Shown here: positions 1 to 9,412 of the stretch, one piece after another
Layout: every line of letters begins with the position of its first letter
Numbering within the stretch: the stretch's first letter is position 1
DNA from: a bacterium
GTDB lineage: Bacteria; Elusimicrobiota; JBDRMW01; JBDROU01
Assembly (NCBI GenBank): GCA_043809745.1
Contig: JBDROU010000016.1
Span: forward strand, 1 to 34,879
Direction of reading: 5' to 3'
DNA length: 34,879 nt
Notes under the pieces: generated by a model
Database searches by the model: none
Told to the model about the DNA's origin: nothing
What the model saw: the letters and a program-made list of their open reading frames with translations, nothing else
Made by a program: the position numbers and the translations under genes

Positions 1-830
1 AGTATCCGGTTCTGCAGGTAGAGCCTTACAGCCCTTGCCAGCACCAATCTCTCGAGATCCTTGCCCTGACGGATTAAATCATCCACATGATCCCTGTGAC
101 TTACCTTTGCTACTTCCTGAGCTATTATAGGCCCAGCATCCAGCTCTTCTGTTATAAAATGACTGGTTGCCCCGATAATTTTAACGCCTCTTTCATAGGC
201 ATTATGGTACGGCTTAGGACCTGAAAAAGCAGGCAAGAATGAATGATGAATATTAATTATTTTATTAGGATATTTTGAAATAATCACCGGACTTATAATC
301 TGCATATATCTGGCTAAAACAATGAAATCAACTTTATTTTTTTCAAATTCATGAAGTTCATTTTTTTCTTGTTCTAATTTATTATTTTTGTCTTTTCGAA
401 AAACCTTAAAAGGCACATTAAATGAATCCGCCACAGGCTTTAGATCATCATGGTTGCTAATGATAACAGGCACCTCAACCTCCAGCTCACCCGAAATCTT
501 CCTTAGTAACAAATCATAAAGACAATGATCATATTTCGAGACCATTATTCCCATTTTAGGAACCGTATCGGAGAATTTAAGCTCCCAATTCATCTCAAAT
601 TTCTTTGCTACAGGTGCAAAAGCCTCCGCTAACTTTTCTTTTGGGATCTTAAAGCCTTCCAGCTCCCATTCAATGCGCATGATAAACATTCCCTGCTCAG
701 GATCAGTATGCTGATCAGAATGAACGATATTACCATTTTGTTCAAACACAAATTGAGAAATAGCTGCTACAAGCCCTTTTTTGTCCTTGCATGATAGAAG
801 AAGTGTTGCTGTTCGATTATTTTTTGTCAT
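1..830 (-). CDS. purU: formyltetrahydrofolate deformylase (PurU), C-terminal end cut by window edge
   Basis: Reverse complement of 828-830 is ATG. Translation MTKNNRTATLLLSCKDKKGLVAAISQFVFEQNGNIVHSDQH... shows an N-terminal ACT domain followed by formyltransferase-core motifs (IHHSFLPAF, IIGATSHFITEELDAGPII). There is no stop before position 1, so about 276 of an expected roughly 280-290 aa are visible. The start overlaps the stop of the upstream ORF (817-819) by 14 nt. It is absent from the ORF track because it runs off the window. Confidence 0.85.
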   Translation of the reverse strand, partial: MTKNNRTATLLLSCKDKKGLVAAISQFVFEQNGNIVHSDQHTDPEQGMFIMRIEWELEGFKIPKEKLAEAFAPVAKKFEMNWELKFSDTVPKMGIMVSKYDHCLYDLLLRKISGELEVEVPVIISNHDDLKPVADSFNVPFKVFRKDKNNKLEQEKNELHEFEKNKVDFIVLARYMQIISPVIISKYPNKIINIHHSFLPAFSGPKPYHNAYERGVKIIGATSHFITEELDAGPIIAQEVAKVSHRDHVDDLIRQGKDLERLVLARAVRLYLQNRI

Positions 831-2088
831 CTGTACCGTCCTCGTTAACTGTATGTCTTAACTCCCAATCATTATCGACCTTATCCCAAATATGGGGCGA
901 ACGAAACTTATCACAAAGTTCATGGAAATTTTCTGGATCCAAACCGATATAATCCATAATTTCATTAAAATACTTTTCCGGAAACTCACCATCAAATCTT
1001 TTTACCAGCGCTTTACCTTCCTCCCGTGTCAAGTGTTTATTTCTTATTTCCTGGGAAGCATCATATGTTGCTCTGCCGATCCCGAATTTAATAAATGTTG
1101 TGTAGTAGTGTAAATCATCAATCTTATCATCAATACTGTTATATTTACTGTATGTCCCCTGGGTGCGGAACGGACGGGCTTGAAATCCGGTATTCTCTAC
1201 CGCATAGTAATATGTTTCCTGCGGTACCCACTTTTTATAATATCCTAAATAATGGACTTCAATGTTAGATTTTTCTAATTCCTCAAAAGACGCCGGCAGA
1301 TAGACTAAAATATCTGCCAATTCAATATTGTATTTCTCTGTTAGCTCTTTAACGGATACCCCGCCAAGATATACTTCGTTTATATGATTCATGGTATAAT
1401 AAGATTTATCCCGCAGAGAAGTAGCATTATCAGCAATAGGATTACCGTACTCAGCTTCATTCTCACCGTATAATATTAGAGAAATATTATATTTTAAAGC
1501 TATTTTCGGCGCCAAATTTTTTTGGCCTAATATAAATGTCTGGAAAGGATGCAGCAAGTTCTCAATTGAAAGTTTGGTCAAAAGTTTTATTACCCTGCCG
1601 TTCTGATTGAAGCTAATATTATCAAAACCGCCTACTTCAATCCATTTGCGAAAATTCTTATACCCATAATCAGTATACAAAATAGGAGGCCATGTAACAG
1701 TTAAAGGATGCATGCCGTATTTGTACTTTAAGATATGCGCGGTAAAACCACTGTCCTTTCCTCCACTTCCGGGCACTATACAATCATAATATCCATCTTT
1801 CCTTCTGTGCTTATCTAACAATTTAAGCAATGCTTCTTCACGTTGTCCCCAATCAATATGCTCTTTTACTTCCACCGCTTTGCAGGAATCACATAAGCCA
1901 TCTTCATTAATATGCAGAGTCTTGTGTTTCGAGTCTTTATTATGTTTAAATTCGATACTTGATGTAGGTCTCTGATTTGACATAACACAACGTTTGCAAA
2001 ATATTACCTTTTCCGGAAGCCCGTATTTAACTTCTAACTTTTCTATATTCATATTTACTTTTCCGCTTTCTTTAATTTCGCCGCCCAC
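817..2088 (-). CDS. N-acetyl sugar amidotransferase, WbuX/WbpG/PseA-like PP-loop ATP pyrophosphatase
   Basis: 423 aa ORF. A CxxC pair lies near the N-terminus (FCKRCVMSNQRP...LCDSCK). A PP-loop motif VPGSGGKDSGF follows, typical of the WbuX/WbpG/PseA/PtmG family. The track start is GTG at 2088, which overlaps hisH-like by 34 nt. An alternative ATG at 2052 (MNIEKLEV...) would give a 2-nt gap instead and is equally plausible. Confidence 0.8.
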   Translation of the reverse strand: MGGEIKESGKVNMNIEKLEVKYGLPEKVIFCKRCVMSNQRPTSSIEFKHNKDSKHKTLHINEDGLCDSCKAVEVKEHIDWGQREEALLKLLDKHRRKDGYYDCIVPGSGGKDSGFTAHILKYKYGMHPLTVTWPPILYTDYGYKNFRKWIEVGGFDNISFNQNGRVIKLLTKLSIENLLHPFQTFILGQKNLAPKIALKYNISLILYGENEAEYGNPIADNATSLRDKSYYTMNHINEVYLGGVSVKELTEKYNIELADILVYLPASFEELEKSNIEVHYLGYYKKWVPQETYYYAVENTGFQARPFRTQGTYSKYNSIDDKIDDLHYYTTFIKFGIGRATYDASQEIRNKHLTREEGKALVKRFDGEFPEKYFNEIMDYIGLDPENFHELCDKFRSPHIWDKVDNDWELRHTVNEDGTDDKK

Positions 2089-2720
2089 TGTTTATATATT
2101 TCCAATCCTTTATCGGCACTCCTTTCAGGATGGAACTGGACAGCGAAAATATTATCCTTATACATACTCGAACAATATGAGAGATCTCCATAAAAAGAAG
2201 TTGACAATACAAATTGTTCTTCCGAAGGTTCAGCATAATAGGAGTGAACAAAATACATACACTCACCCTTGCCGCAATTGCTTAAAGGAGAATCCGACCA
2301 GACATCGCTTCTCAAATTTTCAGGCATATAAATCCCATTCCAACCGACATATGGCACCTTAGCTTTTTTTCTCATGCCGCCTTTGAAGAAAAGCCTTTTA
2401 ACTCTTCCTTCTATTATATTTAATCCTTTATGCAATCCAAACTCCTCGCTTTCGCTCATAAGCAGCTGCATACCCAAACATATACCCATAAACGGTTTGC
2501 CGCTACCGATAAAATCCTTTATTACTTGTATTAATCCCAGGCGTTTAAGGTTTTCAACCGCATCACCAAAGGCCCCAACACCAGGCAGAATCAATCCTCT
2601 AGAATTTAATATCACATCCCTTTCAGAAGTAATTATACAATTTAATCCCGTTATTTCACAGGCGCGTTTTACGCTGAACAAATTCCCCATCCCATAGTCA
2701 ACAACGGCAACATCAATCAT
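2055..2720 (-). CDS. HisH-like class I glutamine amidotransferase (WbuY-like partner of the sugar amidotransferase)
   Basis: 221 aa. GATase1 features are present: a nucleophile-elbow GICLGMQ and a C-terminal HPE(R)S triad region (VQFHPERS). Similar to the imidazole glycerol phosphate synthase glutaminase subunit. The 4-nt overlap with the hisF-like gene upstream implies coupling. Confidence 0.85.
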   Translation of the reverse strand: MIDVAVVDYGMGNLFSVKRACEITGLNCIITSERDVILNSRGLILPGVGAFGDAVENLKRLGLIQVIKDFIGSGKPFMGICLGMQLLMSESEEFGLHKGLNIIEGRVKRLFFKGGMRKKAKVPYVGWNGIYMPENLRSDVWSDSPLSNCGKGECMYFVHSYYAEPSEEQFVLSTSFYGDLSYCSSMYKDNIFAVQFHPERSADKGLEIYKQWAAKLKKAEK

Positions 2721-3595
2721 ATTGCATTTTCCATTTTGTTAAATCGAGATTTTATTCCGGAACCGGCTAAATATTCTTTAATTTCATTCAAACCTGCAGG
2801 CTGTACCTTTGAAAATTCTTTTTTACTCTTCAAAAATTCTATATTACCTTCATCAGTACACCTTCTATCTGAGCCATCCAGTAATATTTTAATAGCATCG
2901 TAATGCAAAATAGAAGCCATAGCGACCGCATCCGCATTGCCATCTTCTATAACTTTTCTTATATGCTCTTTTTTACCTGCACCGCCGCTCGCAATAACCG
3001 GAATTGAAACCGCATTAGAAATCATACGGGTTAATTCAATATCGAATCCAAACCCGGTTCCATCCCTATCCACAGAAGTAAGCAGTATTTCACCTGCGCC
3101 GAGTTCTTCGACCTTCCTTGCCCATCCTAAAACTTCAACACCCGTAAACTCCCTTCCATTATTAGTAAATGCCAGGTAACGGCCGTCAGATTCTTTTATT
3201 GCTTCTATTGTGATTACGATAGTGGAAGCTCCGAACACTTTTGAAGCTTCCTTTATAATTTGAGGGTTTTTTATGGCTTCGGTATTTAGCGCTACCTTAT
3301 CAGCACCGCAGCGCAGGACCGCCCTGATATCTTCGATTGTTCTTAATCCGCCACCAACAGTAAGCGGAATAAAGACTTTTTCTGCAGTTTCCTCGATGAA
3401 CCGATGAAGGCTGTTCCTATTATACAAACTTGCCACCGTATCAATATATATCAGTTCATCAGCATTATTCTCATAATAATATTTAGCGAAATCTACAGGC
3501 CTGCCTAAAACCCTTAAACCCTCTAAATGAACACCTTTTACTAAATTAGGACCTTTTATATCAAGCCGTGGAATAATCCTGATATTATTTTGCAT
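2717..3595 (-). CDS. HisF-like cyclase subunit (WbuZ-like), with C-terminal extension
   Basis: 292 aa. It has a (beta/alpha)8 HisF signature (RIIPRLDIKG...LVKG; phosphate-binding GGGLRT; ASGGAG). Together with the preceding HisH-like and WbuX-like genes it forms the triad known from O-antigen and flagellin-glycan loci (Pseudomonas WbpG region; Campylobacter Cj1314c-1316c). Confidence 0.85.
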   Translation of the reverse strand: MQNNIRIIPRLDIKGPNLVKGVHLEGLRVLGRPVDFAKYYYENNADELIYIDTVASLYNRNSLHRFIEETAEKVFIPLTVGGGLRTIEDIRAVLRCGADKVALNTEAIKNPQIIKEASKVFGASTIVITIEAIKESDGRYLAFTNNGREFTGVEVLGWARKVEELGAGEILLTSVDRDGTGFGFDIELTRMISNAVSIPVIASGGAGKKEHIRKVIEDGNADAVAMASILHYDAIKILLDGSDRRCTDEGNIEFLKSKKEFSKVQPAGLNEIKEYLAGSGIKSRFNKMENAI

Positions 3596-4298
3596 CGTCT
3601 CCGGATTTCTTTTTCAGGTACTCTGCATAATCAAAGTCATTTTGACTGTCTATATCTACCGACCTTTCGGGAGGCATTATATATGCAAATGTTTTATTAC
3701 CAAAGAAACTTTTATGTTTTCTTAAATAACCGCCATACGCAATATATATTGCTCCGTTGACCCTATAGAACCGCGGGAGTCCTTGCCTATACTCACTTAT
3801 TTTATTCAGCTTTAGAAAGCCTTTCATGCGCTTATCAGAATCTATCCTATTTGACAAATAAGGATGATGTTCCGCAGCGCAAACGGAAACAACAGATTCT
3901 GCCTTCTTGCTTATAAATAATTTGAGCGCAGAATCAATATCTTCTGCTGTCCTTAAAGGCGAGGTAGGCTGGAGGAGCAATATGACATCATATTTACTGC
4001 CTCTGGTTTTCAACCAATTTTCCGCATGCAAAATAACATCTATCATCGGCGATTGATCTCTGGCAAGATATTTCGGCCTCTTAAATGGGACCTCGGCTCC
4101 AGCTTTTCTTGCTTCAAAGGCTGTTTTTTCATCATCTGTACTCACAATAAGACTGTCTATATATTTACTTTTTTTGGCTTCGCTTATAGTCCAGTTTATT
4201 AACGGTTTGCCTAAAAAAAATTTTATGTTTTTTTTTGCTACTCCCTTTGATCCGCCTCTGGCTGGTATTATACAGATTACTGATTTATTTTTTATCAT
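3585..4298 (-). CDS. legF: acylneuraminate cytidylyltransferase family (CMP-nonulosonic acid synthetase; CMP-legionaminic acid synthetase candidate)
   Basis: 237 aa. The N-terminal IIPARGGSKGVAKKN motif is diagnostic of the NeuA/CMP-Kdo-like cytidylyltransferase fold. The stop lies 3 nt from the start of the NeuC-like gene. Confidence 0.85.
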   Translation of the reverse strand: MIKNKSVICIIPARGGSKGVAKKNIKFFLGKPLINWTISEAKKSKYIDSLIVSTDDEKTAFEARKAGAEVPFKRPKYLARDQSPMIDVILHAENWLKTRGSKYDVILLLQPTSPLRTAEDIDSALKLFISKKAESVVSVCAAEHHPYLSNRIDSDKRMKGFLKLNKISEYRQGLPRFYRVNGAIYIAYGGYLRKHKSFFGNKTFAYIMPPERSVDIDSQNDFDYAEYLKKKSGDDAK

Positions 4299-4301
4299 TT
4301 T

Positions 4302-5504
4302 TCAGTTATCCCCGGACAGCCGCTCAATTTCAGAATCCGGCTTTAGATCATAAAATACTTTTTTTGTGTCTTTAATTTTGCCTACATATTTTTTAAGTAT
4401 TTTGTAAATTTTTCCGGCCGCGTTACCGTCACCATATATATTCTGCACTCTGCCGCACCTAATCTTAAATTCTCTGCTTAATGCTTTTTTTACAGCCAGT
4501 TTAATTGTTTTGTTTGAAGGCTCGCAATCAATTATGCTTTCTGCCCGGATTCTGCCTTTCTGCCTGTCACCTATATTAACGGTAGGCACGCCAAATGTCG
4601 GGACTTCAATGATGCCGCTTGATGAATTGCCTATTACAGCATCCACATACTTAACGGTTGAAAGATAATTCAGCTGGCCTAATGATGTAAAAGCTTTAGC
4701 TTTATAGGAATATTTCTTAACATAATTATCTATAAGCTTTAAGATTATCCTTCCAAAAGTGTCAGCATTGGGTTTAGTAAAAATTATTTTAAGGTTTTTG
4801 AAACTGCTCAATACTTTTAACAGTTCTGTAAACTGTTTTTCCGAAGTATTGTCCTCTAATGTAACCGGATGGAAAGTAACTAATACCGTATTTTTCCCAA
4901 ACTTGAAGTCTAAAACCCTTTCTAAAGCTGATTTAGTAAGCAGTTTCATCTTTTTTATATTATCTATACCCAGCGCACCGACGTTAAATACCCTATTAGG
5001 AAACTCGCCAAGCTGTATCACCCTTTTCCTGTATAATTCAGTGGATACAAAATGCAGCTGGCTCATCTTGGTGACTGAGTGCCTTATGGCATCATCAAAC
5101 GCTCCCTCAGTCACCTCCCCGCCGTGTATATGCGCAATTGGTATCCTGGCAATAAAAGCGGCAAAAGCCGATGCAAGTGTCTCGAATCTGTCACCCAACA
5201 GTATAAGAAAATCCGGTTTCAGCCTTTCAAAGGCTTCTCCGAAACCGGCCATCCCCAATCCTGTGGATTTCGCGATACTTACTTCGGTATCGCTTGAAAG
5301 CAGCATCTCTACTTTTTCATCTATCTTGAAGCCGTCTTCCTCAATCTGCTCAAATGTAAGCCCGAACTCCGGGGATAGATGCATGCCTGCGGCAACAATC
5401 TGCAGCAAAAACTCATTTTTTGATTTTATCTTTTTTAATAAAGGGAATAATATACCATAATCGGCTCTAGTTCCGGAAACAACCGCTATCTTTCTTTGTT
5501 TCAT
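4302..5504 (-). CDS. legG: UDP/GDP-N-acetylglucosamine-type 2-epimerase (hydrolysing), NeuC/LegG family
   Basis: 400 aa. The N-terminal KIAVVSGTRADYG and HIHGGE motifs mark non-retaining, hydrolysing 2-epimerases of the NeuC family. The gene sits between a NeuB-like synthase and the CMP-transferase. Confidence 0.85.
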   Translation of the reverse strand: MKQRKIAVVSGTRADYGILFPLLKKIKSKNEFLLQIVAAGMHLSPEFGLTFEQIEEDGFKIDEKVEMLLSSDTEVSIAKSTGLGMAGFGEAFERLKPDFLILLGDRFETLASAFAAFIARIPIAHIHGGEVTEGAFDDAIRHSVTKMSQLHFVSTELYRKRVIQLGEFPNRVFNVGALGIDNIKKMKLLTKSALERVLDFKFGKNTVLVTFHPVTLEDNTSEKQFTELLKVLSSFKNLKIIFTKPNADTFGRIILKLIDNYVKKYSYKAKAFTSLGQLNYLSTVKYVDAVIGNSSSGIIEVPTFGVPTVNIGDRQKGRIRAESIIDCEPSNKTIKLAVKKALSREFKIRCGRVQNIYGDGNAAGKIYKILKKYVGKIKDTKKVFYDLKPDSEIERLSGDN

Positions 5505-6508
5505 ATATTTATCAAATCATCCTTCTTAAAGTTTCTTTTTGCTCTTTTACCTATAACAGTATCCCAGCTCATAGGGGAGATCCCCTTACCCGGACGTTTC
5601 ACGCATAGGTTCCCCGCGCTAAACCTTTCACCTTTTTTTATATTCTTTGCAGCAATTATGCTTTTTCTGACTATTGATATGTTTTTCATTTCTGAAGCAG
5701 ACGGCCTTTTAATCCCGTCTCCGAGCGCTCGCTCTATGTTCCTTATGCTTTCTACCATCATCATAAACTCCCTCGGCTCAAGACTTGAGCTATGATCGGG
5801 TCCCGGCATATTCTTATCAAGCGTAATGTGTTTTTCAATTACCCTGGCTCCCATAGCAACAGCAGCCACGGCTATCTCAATTCCTAAGGTATGGTCAGAA
5901 TATCCAATATCCATTTTGAAAGTATTTTTTAATGTTCTCAACGCATTGAGATTAACATCCTTCATAGGCGTAGGGTATTCAGTATTGCAGTGCAGCAGCA
6001 CAATATCTTTTTTGCTTGTGCCGCTTTTTGTCAGTATCTTTATCGCATCCCTAATTTCACCAATCTCGGCCATTCCGGTGGACATTATTATCTTATTCTT
6101 AAAAGAACCTATTTCTCGCAAGTAAGGCAGATTCGTTATTTCACCCGATGGAATCTTGAATATCTTCAATCCCAGATCGTGCAGCAGATCTATACTCTCC
6201 AGATCGAAAGGGGATGAAAGAAATTTAATTTTCTTCTCTTTGCAATACCAATTAAGCTCCGCGTAATCGCTAACAGACAGTTCTAAACCCTTAAGCATCT
6301 CATATTGAGATTCTCTATCAGCGGTGTTTTTCATTTGATATAAAGCCTTCTGCGCGTAAGGCGAAGCAATTAAGTTCGCCTTAAATGTTTGAAACTTCAC
6401 AGCATCGGCATTGGCTGACTTGGCAGCATCAACCAGCTTCTTTGCTGTTTTCAAGGAACCATTATGATTTACGCCAGCTTCCGCAATTATAAATACACAA
6501 TTATTCAT
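5501..6508 (-). CDS. legI: N-acetylneuraminate/legionaminate synthase (NeuB/LegI family) with C-terminal SAF domain
   Basis: 335 aa. The N-terminus VFIIAEAGVNHNGSL and the HCNTEYPTP / GYSDHTLG motifs match the NeuB TIM barrel. A C-terminal antifreeze-like (SAF) domain is also present. The gene overlaps its neighbours by 4 and 8 nt. Confidence 0.88.
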   Translation of the reverse strand: MNNCVFIIAEAGVNHNGSLKTAKKLVDAAKSANADAVKFQTFKANLIASPYAQKALYQMKNTADRESQYEMLKGLELSVSDYAELNWYCKEKKIKFLSSPFDLESIDLLHDLGLKIFKIPSGEITNLPYLREIGSFKNKIIMSTGMAEIGEIRDAIKILTKSGTSKKDIVLLHCNTEYPTPMKDVNLNALRTLKNTFKMDIGYSDHTLGIEIAVAAVAMGARVIEKHITLDKNMPGPDHSSSLEPREFMMMVESIRNIERALGDGIKRPSASEMKNISIVRKSIIAAKNIKKGERFSAGNLCVKRPGKGISPMSWDTVIGKRAKRNFKKDDLINI

Positions 6509-7142
6509 TTTTTCTCTTTACCTCGCATGGATTCCCGAAAGCTATAACACCATCTCCTATATCTTTTACAACTACGCTACCGATCCCGATCACAGTTTTG
6601 TTTCCGATTCTTAAATTTTGCTTTACAGTGCTGTTGGCGCCTATATGAGTACCGCTTCCGACGCTTACCCCGCCGCATAATACCGCCCCCGTGGAAATAT
6701 GCGATGAATCGCCGATAACGCAATTATGCTCAATTATAGCCCTGGTGTTAATTATGCAGTTGCTGCCGATAACCACCCCGGAGTTTATTATAGAACCGGT
6801 TGCAACAAAATTGCCCTCTCCAATATTTATTGACGGCGATACAACCGCCCTGCGACTTATTATATTAGGCAGTATAAAACCTATTTTTTTCACCTGGCTG
6901 AATAACCTTTCTCTTACAATCTGATCATCTGTACTGCCCACAGTAATAAAACATCTCTTCACACCGTTGTCAAAATATATCTTTAATACTTCATCCGTGC
7001 CAATAACAGCTATGCCGTCAACCTGATTATCTTTACCCGGCAGCTCCGTAATGCCAGCTATTTCATAATCATTCTGCTGCCTAATTGTATCTATAACCAC
7101 AGCACAGTGACCGCCGCCGCCTACAAGTATTATCTTTTCCAT
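6501..7142 (-). CDS. legH: left-handed beta-helix sugar N-acetyltransferase, PglD/NeuD/LegH family
   Basis: 213 aa. An N-terminal Rossmann-like KIILVGGGGH is followed by hexapeptide repeats (IGEGNFVATGSIINSGVVIGSNCIIN...). This is the architecture of PglD/NeuD-type acetyltransferases acting on 4-amino-4,6-dideoxy-HexNAc. Confidence 0.8.
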   Translation of the reverse strand: MEKIILVGGGGHCAVVIDTIRQQNDYEIAGITELPGKDNQVDGIAVIGTDEVLKIYFDNGVKRCFITVGSTDDQIVRERLFSQVKKIGFILPNIISRRAVVSPSINIGEGNFVATGSIINSGVVIGSNCIINTRAIIEHNCVIGDSSHISTGAVLCGGVSVGSGTHIGANSTVKQNLRIGNKTVIGIGSVVVKDIGDGVIAFGNPCEVKRKNE

Positions 7143-7185
7143 TTATTTCAATCCTTTAACCGTGTTTGGTTGCGGTTTTCAGGTT

Positions 7186-8241
7186 TTAACCAAACCTTTT
7201 AAGAGTTTCCTGAATATCTTCCCACTGACCAACATCCAGCCAGGAGTTCTCCAATACCGGATACACCCCAACATTTTCGCCTCTGTGTATATAATTATTT
7301 ATTAGCTCCGTTATATGATGAAGTTTATTGTCGGGGATATCCTTTATAACCTCGGGCTCGAGCAGATACATACCGGTATTGACCAAAAAGTTGTATTCGG
7401 GCTTCTCCTTAATCTTTTTAAGCTTCCCGCCATCACCAAGCTCACAGACACCGTAGTGTATGGTATATGACTTCATTGAGCTGACCAGCGTAACCTTATT
7501 TTTGTTTTCTCTGTGAAATTTTAATATATCCGCATAATCCGCCTCTATTAGAATATCGCAATTAGTTACAAAGATTGTTCTGCTTACATTATTTTTAATC
7601 ATATACAAACTTCCGATTGTGCCAAGCGGTTCTTTCTCTTCAATATAATTTATTACATAATCATGTTCAAAATAATCAAAATGGGCCCTTACCATATTTG
7701 CCTTATAAAATATGGACACATAGAATTCTTTACATCCATACTTAGCAAAATTTTCTATTATTCGTTCTATTATCGGCTTTTCATTTATTGGGATCAATGG
7801 TTTAGGAATTATTCTTGTAAACGGCGACAATCTGGATCCCCGGCCGCCGGCCATTATAGCAACATCGGCATCCAATTTATCATATTCCCGCGTTTCAGCG
7901 CTGAATAGATCTATCCACCATCTGGCAGTCAGCACTTTGTTATTTTTATCAACTACGGGTATGCAATCTACCCTATTAACTACCATTAATTCTTTTATTT
8001 CGTCTAATGTAAACTGCTCTTTAACAAAAATAGGGTTCTTGTTCATTACCTCACTCACAGGGCTTTCCAGTTTATTTTTGTTTACTATCCATCTTCTTAT
8101 ATCACCGTCCGTCACTACCCCCAGCAATTTATTTTCATCATTAACAACAAATAATATTTTTGAACCTGCATCGTTAAGCCGCTTTAATACCTGCGGCAGC
8201 TCCATCCCGGGATTTATTAACACATTGCTTAACATTTTCAT
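7186..8241 (-). CDS. ptmE: CBS-domain sugar-1-phosphate nucleotidyltransferase (PtmE-like GlcNAc-1-P guanylyltransferase candidate)
   Basis: 351 aa. Tandem CBS motifs form the N-terminal half (ILFVVNDENKLLGVVTDGDIRR; VNRVDCIPVVDKNNKVL). An NTP-transferase core follows (AIMAGGRGSRLSPFTRIIPKPLIPI). This domain combination is characteristic of Campylobacter PtmE, which feeds the GDP route to legionaminic acid. Confidence 0.7.
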   Translation of the reverse strand: MKMLSNVLINPGMELPQVLKRLNDAGSKILFVVNDENKLLGVVTDGDIRRWIVNKNKLESPVSEVMNKNPIFVKEQFTLDEIKELMVVNRVDCIPVVDKNNKVLTARWWIDLFSAETREYDKLDADVAIMAGGRGSRLSPFTRIIPKPLIPINEKPIIERIIENFAKYGCKEFYVSIFYKANMVRAHFDYFEHDYVINYIEEKEPLGTIGSLYMIKNNVSRTIFVTNCDILIEADYADILKFHRENKNKVTLVSSMKSYTIHYGVCELGDGGKLKKIKEKPEYNFLVNTGMYLLEPEVIKDIPDNKLHHITELINNYIHRGENVGVYPVLENSWLDVGQWEDIQETLKRFG

Positions 8242-9404
8242 TATGATTTCTTTAATCCTTTCAATACCGCAATAACAGTATTTATATTGTATTCAGTTAA
8301 ATTAGTGCTGCAGGGTATGTTCAAAACCCTGTCTAAAAAGTAGAATGCTTTTGTTATACTATAGCATTGGCTGCAATTATACGGTTTTTGTAAATGATTC
8401 GGGTACCATATAGGCCTGGTTTCAATACCTTTTTCTTTAAGCTTATGCATTAAAAGCTCTTTATCCATGCCGTACTTATCTTTATCTACTACTATCGAAT
8501 ACATCCAGTAATTTGACCTGGTATTCCTCGGGGAGTCGAGAAGAATTATACCATCGATATCAGCCAAGCCTCTTTTATAATACTCATAATTTTTGATTTT
8601 AATCGATATAAATTCTTCTATTTTTTCCAGCTGGGCTAATCCAATCGCGGCATGTATATTTGTTAATCTAAAATTATAACCAATATTATCATGCTTGTAA
8701 TTTAACGGATCATCTTTAGCCTGATTGGTATAATATCTTGCCTTTTTGGCCAGACCCTCATCGTTTGTGACTATCATGCCGCCGCCTCCGGCAGTAATTA
8801 TTTTATTGCCGTTAAAAGAATATACACCGCAATCACCGATGGCCCCTGTAAATCTATTGTTATAAAGTCCAGCCGTATAGTAAGAACCCAAACTTTCAGC
8901 CGCGTCTTCGACAATCTTAAGCCTGAATTCTTCAGCTACACTCATTATCTTATGCATATCACAGGGACTGCCGTACATATGAACAGGGAGAACCGCTTTA
9001 ATTATTTTACCGGTTTTCTTATTTTTAAGTCCTCTCTCGGTCTTTACGCATTCATTACTGCAAAACTCACGCAGTTTCTGCGCATCCAAATTCATAAATT
9101 CATCACAATCCATAAAAACAGGATCTGCATTTAAATATTTTACAGCGTTAATGGTAGCAATAAATGCTATAGTCGGAACCAGAACCTCATCATTTGATCT
9201 GACCCCAACCAGCTGCAAAGAAATTTGGAGAGCGCTGGTCCCATTCATGCAGGCAACCGCATATCTACTGCCGGTATACTCGCAAATCTTATTCTCGAAA
9301 CTATCCACAAATTTGCCTGCAGAGGAAACCCAGCCTGTATCCAAACATTCTTTTACATATTTCCATTCATTCCCGCAAATATTAGGTTCTGATAATGCTA
9401 TCAT
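8241..9404 (-). CDS. legC: DegT/DnrJ/EryC1/StrS family PLP-dependent sugar aminotransferase (LegC/PglE-like)
   Basis: 387 aa. The motifs match fold-type I sugar aminotransferases, including the PLP-lysine region SFNGNKIITAGGGGMIVTND. Confidence 0.85.
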   Translation of the reverse strand: MIALSEPNICGNEWKYVKECLDTGWVSSAGKFVDSFENKICEYTGSRYAVACMNGTSALQISLQLVGVRSNDEVLVPTIAFIATINAVKYLNADPVFMDCDEFMNLDAQKLREFCSNECVKTERGLKNKKTGKIIKAVLPVHMYGSPCDMHKIMSVAEEFRLKIVEDAAESLGSYYTAGLYNNRFTGAIGDCGVYSFNGNKIITAGGGGMIVTNDEGLAKKARYYTNQAKDDPLNYKHDNIGYNFRLTNIHAAIGLAQLEKIEEFISIKIKNYEYYKRGLADIDGIILLDSPRNTRSNYWMYSIVVDKDKYGMDKELLMHKLKEKGIETRPIWYPNHLQKPYNCSQCYSITKAFYFLDRVLNIPCSTNLTEYNINTVIAVLKGLKKS

Positions 9405-9412
9405 ATCTGGTT

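Noticed and set aside
1-830. The idea that the purU-like gene is a sugar N-formyltransferase (WbkC/VioF/FdtF-like) acting in the glycan pathway
   Set aside because: The protein has an N-terminal ACT domain and the PurU-specific motif order. Sugar N-formyltransferases have the transformylase domain at the N-terminus and different C-terminal domains.
2072-2266. Small minus-strand ORFs embedded in other frames of annotated genes (2072-2266, 19953-20174, 24511-24699, 31163-31369, 33183-33404)
   Set aside because: Each is an alternative-frame ORF inside or across the start of a much longer, motif-bearing gene. None has an RBS-like sequence or a recognisable domain.
4759-5460. The longest antisense ORF (233 aa, plus strand) inside the NeuC-like gene
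   Set aside because: The Ser-rich translation has no motifs, and it overlaps the conserved 2-epimerase gene across its full length. It is not supported as a real gene.
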